The notes beneath the pieces were generated by a model that was given only the letters and a program-made list of their open reading frames with translations, was not told the origin of the DNA and did not search any database. DNA of 32,731 nt, taken from Deltaproteobacteria bacterium RBG_16_54_11. GTDB taxonomy: Bacteria > Desulfobacterota > B13-G15 > RBG-16-54-18. The position numbers and the translations under genes were made by a program. The stretch is from positions 1 to 32,731 of the forward strand of contig MGQS01000032.1 of assembly GCA_001797905.1 (NCBI GenBank), given 5' to 3'. Shown piece by piece: positions 8,624 to 15,820 of the stretch (position 1 is the stretch's first letter; every line of letters begins with the position of its first letter).

Positions 8624-10141
8624 TCAATTAAGCTCTCCCTCGACCTCTTCGGGCTTTATATAATCCAGATGCGCCAGGAGATCAAAGCGCCCAACAAGCT
8701 CTGTAACGCTCCTCATGCCCAGGTGCTTGAGGATGTCGGTAAGCTGATGCTGCCATGCCAGATACATATTAATGATACGCTGCGTGGCCCACTCGATCTC
8801 CATAAGCTTCGTCAGCGCAGGATCGGTCGTGGCGATGCCGCGGGCACAGCCGCGGCCCGATTCGCAGTGATGACAGCGGATACACTCCAAGGCCACCAAA
8901 TCGGCGGTGCCAAGGCAGACCCCATCGGCCCCCATGGCAATGATCTTGGCCATATCATAGGCCGTGCGGATGCCGCCGCTGGCAATGATGGTGATCTTAT
9001 CCCGAATCCCTTCAGCCTGGAGAAATGTATGTACCTTTGGGATGGCGTACTCAATAGGCATGGCGATATTCTTTTTCGCAATGTCCGGTGCAGCCCCTGT
9101 CCCGCCGTAACTGCCGTCCAGCTGCACGATATGCGCCCCCGCATAAAAACTTCCCACGGCTACCATGTCCACATCGGTGGGTGTCGACACCTTGACTGCC
9201 ACAAGGGCCTTATGGTTTATCTCCTTGATCCAGTCCACATGCTTTTTGTGGTCCTCCACGGAATAGACGCTGTGAAAAGGAAAGGGTGAAAAAAGGGCGC
9301 TCCCCGAAATTGCTTCGCGCATGGCCGCAACTGCCGGGGTTACCTTGTCGCCGAGGAGGTGGCCTCCGAGACCCGGCTTCGCCCCTTGGGCGTATTTGAA
9401 CTCCACGATACGAACGCGTTTTATCGTCTCTTCTCTCACGCCGAATAAGCCAGTGGCGACCTGGGTAATCACGTGGTCGTCATAGGGGATAAGCTCTTCA
9501 GGGTACCCTCCCTCGCCGGTACAGCAGAAGGTGCCGAGTGCTTGAGCTGCCCGCACCCGCGCGAGCATGGTGACAATACTGACGGAACCAAAGGACATAC
9601 CGCCGAGATAGAAGGGCAAGGGGATGGAAACCTTGGGCCGGCTGTCTCCCGATCGATTGAGTTCGATGGCCGTGGAGATTTCCATATCCGGTATCTCTTT
9701 GCTGCCTTTTTTCGGAAAAATGAAGCGGATCTTGTCAAACCCTCCGCCTGCATCACCGATCTTATAATTGAGTCCCTGATAGGGAACCTGGCCGGTTTCT
9801 GCCATATGCCAGGCGCTGGCAAGAAGGTCCGCGGTCCAGCGTTTATCACCGAGGCATTCAAATGACGGGTTAAGCTGGAGGGAGATGGCTTGAACAGGGC
9901 ATCTGGAGACACAGTAAAACGCATTCTCGCAGCAAGAGAACCCGAGGCAAAGGTGTTCCGCAATGACCTTGGGCCGCCTTGCTCCCGCCTTATAAACCCC
10001 ATAGGGACAGAGTGTTATGCAGAGCCCGCAATTGTTGCAGGCGCCGGTGATGGTAATCCGGTGCTTGCCGAGGGCATGGCGGAAGCGGCTCGGCACTTTC
10101 TTTGCCTTCGGATAGATACCTGTAACTTCTTGAAACGACAT
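8624..10141 (-). CDS. Archaeal-type glutamate synthase FMN subunit (GltB domain 2) with an N-terminal 2x[4Fe-4S] ferredoxin-like domain
   Basis: Cys clusters CNNCGLCITLCP and ..CVSRCP. FMN/substrate motifs GGMSFGSVS, KYAQGAKPGLGGHLLGDKV and IASGGIRTAYDMAKIIAMGADGV. The start lies 3 nt after the stop of the upstream gene. Confidence 0.85.
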   Translation of the reverse strand: MSFQEVTGIYPKAKKVPSRFRHALGKHRITITGACNNCGLCITLCPYGVYKAGARRPKVIAEHLCLGFSCCENAFYCVSRCPVQAISLQLNPSFECLGDKRWTADLLASAWHMAETGQVPYQGLNYKIGDAGGGFDKIRFIFPKKGSKEIPDMEISTAIELNRSGDSRPKVSIPLPFYLGGMSFGSVSIVTMLARVRAAQALGTFCCTGEGGYPEELIPYDDHVITQVATGLFGVREETIKRVRIVEFKYAQGAKPGLGGHLLGDKVTPAVAAMREAISGSALFSPFPFHSVYSVEDHKKHVDWIKEINHKALVAVKVSTPTDVDMVAVGSFYAGAHIVQLDGSYGGTGAAPDIAKKNIAMPIEYAIPKVHTFLQAEGIRDKITIIASGGIRTAYDMAKIIAMGADGVCLGTADLVALECIRCHHCESGRGCARGIATTDPALTKLMEIEWATQRIINMYLAWQHQLTDILKHLGMRSVTELVGRFDLLAHLDYIKPEEVEGELN

Positions 10142-10144
10142 GAG

Positions 10145-11527
10145 CTAAACCCTCTTCCCCATGGGTGCAAAGACCTCTTTTTCGAGGTCTTCAAAGAACA
10201 TGGCCCGGCCCATCTCGCCCCGCAACCTTCGCGCCTCGCGGATGCCCATGGCACCGAGGACCTCAAGAAGCTGATTATGCCACGCAGCCATCAGGTTTTT
10301 GATCCGCCCGGCGCCCCATGCCGGATCGACCCCCTCAAGCTCCACCGGACAGGCCACGCCTTCCTTGCAGCGGCGGCAAACCCTGCACTCCATAGCCACA
10401 AGAAGCGGAATGTCGACACCAAGCGCATCGGCTCCGCAGAGGATGATCTTTGCCATATGTTCGGCCATGGCGATCCCCCCTGAGGCAATCAGGGTCACCT
10501 CATCTCTCAAGCCCTTTTCGACCAAACTTCCATGTATCTCCCTCATCCGTTCTTTGATAAAGAGCGGATCTTCTCCTTTTTCCAAGCCATATTCATTAGC
10601 TACAAGATGGAATACCTCGGCACCCTCTTGGGTAAGCCATATCACGCGCTCTGATGCAGTGGGATTCAATTCCATCCTGATAAAGACGATTGCCTTCGGA
10701 TTTTTCTCTTTGAGCAGTCTCTGCATCTCCATGACATGATCGCCGTCAGGGATTTCGATAAGAGAAAGAGTCTTGAGAAGTTCATCAGTAAGATCGTTCA
10801 CAGCGCCATCGACCCAGAGAACCACATTGGAAAGATGTTCTTCGATGGCGGCATTCATCTCGGACTGCCGTACGACAGCAAAGGTGCCGAGTGCTCGCGC
10901 GGCCTCAAGAAAGGCCAGGGTAATCTGCCTGCGGGGCGGCGACCAGGGCAGAATGTCGAATATAATCGGCAGGGGTATCTCCACGAGAGGCGGCACCGTA
11001 GTAGTAATCTTCCCTCCGGCATCGAATTCCAGGGCCATGACCTTTCGCCCCAAATCGACGGTGGTGCTGATATATTCACGCCCGTGGATGCCATCCCGCG
11101 TGGGTCGCACGATCTCCGACATATCGGTCCACATGGCGTCAAAACCGGGACCTGAAAAGGGACCACCGTAACCGGCCCCCGACACGGGGATCCGCCCGCT
11201 TTCAGCCTGAGACCAGAGCACAGAAATAATCTCAGGCGTCCAGTAATGATCTCCCAGCGCTTTATACTGAGGGTTCAACCCCTTCTGGATGAGCTTATTG
11301 GGGCAACCCTGTACACACCTGAAACAGTCTTTGCAGGCAGTGTCCAGCGAATCAAGCATCTGACGCGCCTCAAGGCCTCGCTTTTCGTATACCTGATAGA
11401 CACAATCCTTCTTCACGCAACGGGGACATTTGAGGCACCCCTCTTCCCATGCGATAACGCCGGATCGCGTGATCGCCTGAAATCGGTTGGGTGCCTGGGC
11501 GGTTTTTATATGATATTTAGGGGGCAT
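10145..11527 (-). CDS. Glutamate-synthase-related Fe-S protein (ferredoxin-like N-terminus plus a divergent GltB-type barrel lacking the QGAKPG loop)
   Basis: CLKCPRCVKKDC and CKDCFRCVQGCP clusters. The C-terminal part (IASGGIAMAEHMAKIILCGADALGV..CRVCRRCKEGVACP..) parallels the neighbouring FMN subunit. I could not find GGMSFG or QGAKPGxGG equivalents. Confidence 0.7.
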   Translation of the reverse strand: MPPKYHIKTAQAPNRFQAITRSGVIAWEEGCLKCPRCVKKDCVYQVYEKRGLEARQMLDSLDTACKDCFRCVQGCPNKLIQKGLNPQYKALGDHYWTPEIISVLWSQAESGRIPVSGAGYGGPFSGPGFDAMWTDMSEIVRPTRDGIHGREYISTTVDLGRKVMALEFDAGGKITTTVPPLVEIPLPIIFDILPWSPPRRQITLAFLEAARALGTFAVVRQSEMNAAIEEHLSNVVLWVDGAVNDLTDELLKTLSLIEIPDGDHVMEMQRLLKEKNPKAIVFIRMELNPTASERVIWLTQEGAEVFHLVANEYGLEKGEDPLFIKERMREIHGSLVEKGLRDEVTLIASGGIAMAEHMAKIILCGADALGVDIPLLVAMECRVCRRCKEGVACPVELEGVDPAWGAGRIKNLMAAWHNQLLEVLGAMGIREARRLRGEMGRAMFFEDLEKEVFAPMGKRV

Positions 11528-11540
11528 TTCTATATCCCTT

Positions 11541-12464
11541 TTATACGGTGGGGCGCGGGGCTAGCCCGGCTTCTTCGACGAGCTGCGGCACCACGTCTTC
11601 CCACTCAATGGCCATGATGTGGACACCGTGAATACCCTTCATCCCTTTGAGGGCTTGAATGGTTTCCACGGCAATCCGGATCCCTTCCTCACGCTGCTTG
11701 TCTGCTGGTACGGATTTCATCCGTTTAATAATCTCATCGGGCACATCCATACCGGCCACCTGTTTGCTCATATATTCCGCCATACGGGTTGATTTCAAAG
11801 GAGTGACACCGCCCAGGATGTAGACCTTCTCAGGGATGCCGCAATCACCGGCCTGTTCCATCCACTCCTTAAAACGGACGATGTTGTAGACGCACTGTGT
11901 CTGGATAAACTCGGCGCCGGCAGCGACCTTTTTCTCCAGCCGGAGCACCCGGTAGGAAAAGGGATCTGCAAAGGGGTTCTCAACGGCGCCGACAAAGAGA
12001 TGGGGCGGTTCGGTAAGTCTTTCCCCGCCGAGGATCACACCTTTGTCTCTCATCTGACGGACAAGCTGTATAAGCTGCATGGAGTCTATATCGAATACGC
12101 CTTTGGCCTGGGGCTGGTTCCCGAAGGACTGGTGGTCGCCGCTCAAGCAAAGAATGTTGCGGATGCCCAGGGCGGATGCACCGAGTATATCGGACTGAAG
12201 CGCAATACGGTTCCGGTCGCGGGTTACCATTTGAAGTACCGGATCGAGACCGTCCTTCAAGAGGAGTGCGCATGCGGCGAGACTGGAAAGCCGAACAACG
12301 CCTGTCTGATTATCGGTGACATTGACGCTGTCGACAAAAGCCTTCAGCATCTTTCCTTTTTTTTGTATGGCCTTCGGATCGGCCCCCTTCGGCGGACCGC
12401 ACTCTGCGGTAACGGCGAAGTGGCCTCCCTGCAAGACGTTTTTCAGACGGCTTTCTTCTTTCAT
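11541..12464 (-). CDS. metF: 5,10-methylenetetrahydrofolate reductase MetF
   Basis: 307 aa with MTHFR-fold sequence (..FAVTAECGPPKGADP..VNVTDNQTG..LCLSGDH..FVGAVENPFADP..FIQTQCVYN..). Its ATG overlaps the metV stop as ATGA. Confidence 0.85.
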   Translation of the reverse strand: MKEESRLKNVLQGGHFAVTAECGPPKGADPKAIQKKGKMLKAFVDSVNVTDNQTGVVRLSSLAACALLLKDGLDPVLQMVTRDRNRIALQSDILGASALGIRNILCLSGDHQSFGNQPQAKGVFDIDSMQLIQLVRQMRDKGVILGGERLTEPPHLFVGAVENPFADPFSYRVLRLEKKVAAGAEFIQTQCVYNIVRFKEWMEQAGDCGIPEKVYILGGVTPLKSTRMAEYMSKQVAGMDVPDEIIKRMKSVPADKQREEGIRIAVETIQALKGMKGIHGVHIMAIEWEDVVPQLVEEAGLAPRPTV

Positions 12465-13129
12465 ATCTTCTGATCCTCCCTGACGATTTTCCGGGGGCCC
12501 CTGCCCTGCTGTTTGGACCAGTCTGCCGGTGGATAGACCTTGTCCAGGAGGTTCATTCTGCCGCTTTCTTCAAGGCGGGTAATGATCAGCTGCCAGGCGC
12601 AGGGTGTATCGGGATCAACTTCGCACTTGCCGTCCTGAGAACCGCCGCACGGACCGTTAAAAAGCCCCTTGGCGCAACCGGTTATTGGACAGACAGCGGC
12701 AAAAAAGCCGAGCTTGCAGTCGCCGCACCCGCGGCAATTTTCAACCCAGAGACCTGCTTCTTTTGTTTCGCCGACGAAGGTGGTGTTCAACGCAGGAACG
12801 ATGATCGCCCTGGGAAAGACCTCTGCCACGGCCTGAACGCCTGCGCCGCACCCGAGAGAAAGCACGACATCGTATTGATCGATAAACTCCGTAAGCTGGT
12901 CGATAAACTCGTAGACGCACTGGCGGTCCAGTGTCATCTCCTTGATTTCAAGATCGCGCCCCTCTGTGCGGGCATCCATCCTCAGGGCTGAGGCAAGAAG
13001 CCCTACTTCCTTTTCGCCGCCCGCCGCACACTCGGCGACACAACTTCCGCAGCCGACCACAAGAACCTTCCTGTAGGGTGCAATCATCTCCTTGATTTCA
13101 GACAAAGGCTTTCTTTCAGCAGTAATCAT
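12461..13129 (-). CDS. metV: MetV, Cys-rich small subunit of MetFV-type methylene-THF reductase
   Basis: 222 aa. VVGCGSCVAEC.., ..CRGCGDCKLGFFAAVCPITGCAKGLFNGPCGGSQDGKCEV.. match the MTHFR C-terminal (MetV) domain. RBS AAGGAG upstream. Confidence 0.8.
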   Translation of the reverse strand: MITAERKPLSEIKEMIAPYRKVLVVGCGSCVAECAAGGEKEVGLLASALRMDARTEGRDLEIKEMTLDRQCVYEFIDQLTEFIDQYDVVLSLGCGAGVQAVAEVFPRAIIVPALNTTFVGETKEAGLWVENCRGCGDCKLGFFAAVCPITGCAKGLFNGPCGGSQDGKCEVDPDTPCAWQLIITRLEESGRMNLLDKVYPPADWSKQQGRGPRKIVREDQKI

Positions 13130-13141
13130 GCCCTCACTCCT

Positions 13142-13588
13142 TTATAGCTGTCTCTGTTGCCTTTCCTGTCCCGGAGCATCCACAGGCAAGGGGCCGACAA
13201 AAGCTTCCCGTGCGAGGAGCTCTTCTGCCAACTGAGCGATGGTCGTCGTCGTTCCGGCAAGTACATGGATGAGCTCCAGATGATCCTTTGCAAGGCCAAT
13301 CTCCTCAATAAGCCCCTGGGCATAGGCAAGACGCTTCTTCGCACGGATGTTTCCTTCCCGGTAGCGGCATGCCCCCTCGGCACAGGTGACAACATAAACC
13401 TTATCGGCGCCGGACTCCAGCGCACGCAGGAGGTGCAGGGGCTCGATGCGCCCGCTGCATGGCAAAGGGAAAAATCTTATCTGTGAGCCGAGCTCTTTTT
13501 CAAGGGGACGCCGGTGGGCATCCTGGTCAGCATCGATTCGCTGACAGAAGAATATGGTTATCTTCAGTCCCGCACTCTTTTGATCCAT
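13142..13588 (-). CDS. mvhD: MvhD-like iron-sulfur protein (methyl-viologen-reducing hydrogenase delta subunit family)
   Basis: ..ITIFFCQ..PLPCSGRIEPLHLLRALESGADKVYVVTCAEGACRYREGN.. is the MvhD/FlpD signature. I prefer ATG 13588 (RBS GGAGAGG 5 nt upstream) because the track's start at 13624 lies inside the terminator U-tract. Confidence 0.8.
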   Translation of the reverse strand: MDQKSAGLKITIFFCQRIDADQDAHRRPLEKELGSQIRFFPLPCSGRIEPLHLLRALESGADKVYVVTCAEGACRYREGNIRAKKRLAYAQGLIEEIGLAKDHLELIHVLAGTTTTIAQLAEELLAREAFVGPLPVDAPGQERQQRQL

Positions 13589-13620
13589 AGATGCCTCTCC
13601 TTTATTCGGCCTTTGTGTCG

Positions 13621-13651
13621 ACAAAAAAAGGGCGCCTTGTAAGACGCCCTT
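13621..13651 (-). terminator. Intrinsic terminator (also a candidate attenuator) about 35 nt upstream of mvhD
   Basis: Minus strand reads AAGGGCGUC-uuacaa-GGCGCCCUU followed by UUUUUGU. The stem is 9 bp with one G.U pair. Confidence 0.75.
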
Positions 13652-13662
13652 GTCAATCCGCT

Positions 13663-13678
13663 GACACTTCCTTGTGCC
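13663..13678 (-). promoter_or_regulatory. Leader hairpin P1, GGCAC-AAGGAA-GUGUC (hexaloop with A1 and G4)
   Basis: 5-bp stem with one G.U pair. It starts about 8 nt after the -10 element. A paralogous hairpin lies at 15452-15467. Confidence 0.5.
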
Positions 13679-13686
13679 TTTTTATA

Positions 13687-13715
13687 ATAGTATGCCTTTA
13701 CAAACCGTCTGTCAA
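13687..13715 (-). promoter_or_regulatory. Sigma-70-type promoter TTGACA-17nt-TACTAT
   Basis: Minus strand: TTGACA at 13715-13710 and TACTAT at 13692-13687. It sits between the stop of the 529-aa gene and the terminator. Confidence 0.5.
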
Positions 13716-13740
13716 GCAGATTTTCTCCTTAAACGGGTCA

Positions 13741-15330
13741 TTATTCGGCCAGGATCTTTTCCGCCTCTTGCCGATAGGCATCCATCACATAGGCGATGCC
13801 GGAGATCTTTGCCGCCTCCTCGGTCAGGGCCATGAGGTCCTTGCGGGAGACGAGGGAGAGCTTAAAGTTCCTGCTCCCCGCCATCAACTGCTGGAGCCCG
13901 ACCCTGATCTTCTGGCAGAAGGTATAGACACCCATCGCGCCGAGGGGTATATCCTTCATCCGATTCCCATACTTCCCTTTCAGCTCTTCATAGGTGACGA
14001 AGATCTCCTCGACGCTCTTTCCGTATTTGGCAACGCCCTTCGGCAGGTCATTCTCCGCCAGCCACTGTCCGATATGCTTCCCCACCATGCCGGGGATCAT
14101 GAGGGCCCGACCCATGCAGACCGCCTTGACATAGGGGCTCCCCATGGCGATGGCCTTGAACACCCCGTCTTCGCCCGAGAATCCACCGGCCATGGCGAGG
14201 TCAGGCACCCTGATCTTTCGCTTGGCGAGCTTCTCACAGAACTGATAGGCAAGGCAGTGGAGGTAGAACGACGGGATGCCCCACTCGTTCATCATCGGCC
14301 ACGGGCTCATCCCCGTGCCGCCGGGGGCGCCGTCGATGGTAAGGAGATCCAAGTGCGCCTCCGCCCCATACCGCAACGCCATGGCGAGCTCCACGGCGGA
14401 GTAGGCGCCGGTCTTCAGGGTGATCCGCTTAAACCCGAGCTTGCGCAGCCTCTCGATCTCCTTCAGAAACCCATCCTTATCCACAAAACCCAGTCGAGAA
14501 TGCCGCTCGAATTCCTTGATCTCCCCTTCCTTGAAGGCCTTCTGGACCTCAGGGATGATGGGATCCGGGGTGACAATGTACCCCCGTTTTTTGAGCTCCA
14601 GGGCCCGCTCGATCTCTCTGACCTTGATCTCACCGCCGATGCACTTGGCGCCCTGCCCCCACTTGAGCTCAATGGTATCGAGCTTGTGCTTGTTCAGGAC
14701 GTATTCCGCCACGCCAAAGCGCGTATCCTCGACATTCATTTGCACGAGGATCTCACCAAAACCCTCGTGGAACCTCCGGTATGTCTCGATCCGGCGATCC
14801 ATCTCGGGCGAGTTCTTGACCTTCCCGTTGTTGTCCAGCTCCAACTTGGGGTCGATACCGCAGACGTTCTCGCCGCACACGAGGGTGATCCCCGAGATAG
14901 CGGCGCCGATGGCAAAGTGCTCCCAGTTCTTCTGGGCGATGAAGGTGGAACCCAATGCGCCGGTAAAGACAGGCACGCGCATCCGGACCTTTTTATCCCA
15001 CCCATACTCCGTCTCGGTATCGACAACAGGAAAAATGGCCGTGTCAGGGCCCGGTTTCACCCCATCGGGCAATCCTTCTGCGCCGACGGCGTACCCCTGG
15101 ATGTTCAGGTGGGAATAATCCACCGGATATTCCTTGTCCGCCCCTGCCGTGATCTCCCCGAATGGCCCCGGATAGATCACCTCCCTGCCCCGGAATGAGG
15201 CGAGCCACACCTCACAACCACCCTTACACCCGTCAAGACAGTCGGTGCAGATACCGGACATGGGAACGACCGTTCTCGAACGGTTGAACGTCCCCGTTGC
15301 CGCACTGGCATTTGGCCTTCTTAAATTCAT
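13741..15330 (-). CDS. FMN-binding glutamate-synthase-family protein (stand-alone GltB domain-2 homologue)
   Basis: ..LKWGQGAKCIGGEIKV.., ..TIDGAPGGTGMSPWP.., ..AMAGGFSGEDGVFKAIAMGS... N-terminal Cys cluster CTDCLDGCKGGCEVW. I prefer ATG 15330 (GAGGAGG 7 nt upstream) over the track's 15456, whose extension runs through the terminator. Confidence 0.8.
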   Translation of the reverse strand: MNLRRPNASAATGTFNRSRTVVPMSGICTDCLDGCKGGCEVWLASFRGREVIYPGPFGEITAGADKEYPVDYSHLNIQGYAVGAEGLPDGVKPGPDTAIFPVVDTETEYGWDKKVRMRVPVFTGALGSTFIAQKNWEHFAIGAAISGITLVCGENVCGIDPKLELDNNGKVKNSPEMDRRIETYRRFHEGFGEILVQMNVEDTRFGVAEYVLNKHKLDTIELKWGQGAKCIGGEIKVREIERALELKKRGYIVTPDPIIPEVQKAFKEGEIKEFERHSRLGFVDKDGFLKEIERLRKLGFKRITLKTGAYSAVELAMALRYGAEAHLDLLTIDGAPGGTGMSPWPMMNEWGIPSFYLHCLAYQFCEKLAKRKIRVPDLAMAGGFSGEDGVFKAIAMGSPYVKAVCMGRALMIPGMVGKHIGQWLAENDLPKGVAKYGKSVEEIFVTYEELKGKYGNRMKDIPLGAMGVYTFCQKIRVGLQQLMAGSRNFKLSLVSRKDLMALTEEAAKISGIAYVMDAYRQEAEKILAE

Positions 15331-15410
15331 CGGATGACCTCCTCTTCTGTTATTGGCGACATTGCCTAACCTGTTGAAATTATAGCGCTCTTGCAAACCT
15401 CTCTGAGAGA

Positions 15411-15439
15411 CAAAAAAATGGCGTCCCTTTGGACGCCAT
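15411..15439 (-). terminator. Intrinsic terminator (also a candidate attenuator) about 80 nt upstream of the 529-aa gene
   Basis: Minus strand reads AUGGCGUCC-aaag-GGACGCCAU followed by U7 (GUC). The 9-bp stem is perfect. Confidence 0.75.
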
Positions 15440-15451
15440 TTTCTGCGTCTG

Positions 15452-15467
15452 GACACCCCTTTGTGCC
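15452..15467 (-). promoter_or_regulatory. Leader hairpin P1, GGCAC-AAAGGG-GUGUC (hexaloop with A1 and G4)
   Basis: Same stem as the hairpin at 13663-13678 and the same position relative to an upstream TTGACA. Confidence 0.5.
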
Positions 15468-15474
15468 TCGGATT

Positions 15475-15504
15475 CCTCTACCAGGTTACTGCCAGGCTGT
15501 CAAG
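15475..15504 (-). promoter_or_regulatory. Possible promoter TTGACA-18nt-TAGAGG (perfect -35, poor -10)
   Basis: Minus strand: TTGACA at 15504-15499. Its geometry relative to the GGCAC hairpin mirrors the 13687-13715 promoter. Confidence 0.3.
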
Positions 15505-15636
15505 AATTTTTATAGGCAAAACCTCGGCGACAAAGAACGAAGACAGCAGGGGAAAATCCTTTGGTTGTGGGCGTCTTTCCAGAAGGGGTAAAAGTTCTTT
15601 TTCTCCTTTTTTGTAGCAGATTCATCATTTAAGGTC

Positions 15637-15665
15637 TTTACAAGGCACGGGGGTTGTGCTATATA
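15637..15665 (+). promoter_or_regulatory. Strong sigma-70-type promoter TTTACA-17nt-TGcTATATA (extended -10)
   Basis: TTTACA at 15637-15642, TG at 15657-15658 and TATATA at 15660-15665. The predicted start is about 15671-15672. Confidence 0.55.
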
Positions 15666-15670
15666 CAACA

Positions 15671-15820
15671 AGGGGGAAAACAGGGCGTAAAAGCTCCTGC
15701 GTTGGCGCCAGCCGGCGCTGTGGTTCAGGAACCCCCCTAAAACCCCATAGCCTGTACCGTGTTTTCCCCCTTTAAATGGAAATTAAGGGCCGTCCCTGAG
15801 GACGGCCCTTAGTCCTTTCG
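15671..15820 (+). ncRNA. Candidate structured small RNA or cis-regulatory RNA of unknown family
   Basis: It begins at the predicted transcription start. GGGGGAAAACA (15672-15682) pairs with UGUUUUCCCCC (15760-15770), closing a ~100-nt domain. Inner helices are UCCUG/CAGGA and GCGCC-agcc-GGCGC. An 11-bp hairpin AAGGGCCGUCC-cuga-GGACGGCCCUU follows at 15785-15810. No credible ORF is present. Confidence 0.4.

Noticed and set aside
13591-15198. 535-aa plus-strand ORF
   Set aside because: It is antisense to the GltB-like gene and spans the terminator and promoter region. It is a low-complexity shadow ORF.
15331-15456. 42-residue N-terminal extension of the GltB-like gene, and likewise the mvhD extension at 13589-13624
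   Set aside because: Both extensions run through intrinsic terminator hairpins and U-tracts. Internal ATGs with strong RBSs are available at 15330 and 13588.
15671-15820. Known RNA families for the structured RNA (SRP/4.5S, 6S, tmRNA, RNase P, and SAH, ykkC, c-di-GMP, cobalamin and THF riboswitches)
   Set aside because: I checked the hallmark motifs by eye: GGAAGCAGCC for SRP, GAGGAAAGUCC for RNase P, the B12 box, CUAGGGUUCCG..GGUCCGAGAG for ykkC, and ACGCAAAGC for GEMM. None is present, and the size is wrong for tmRNA, RNase P and 6S. The family stays unknown until an Infernal search is run.
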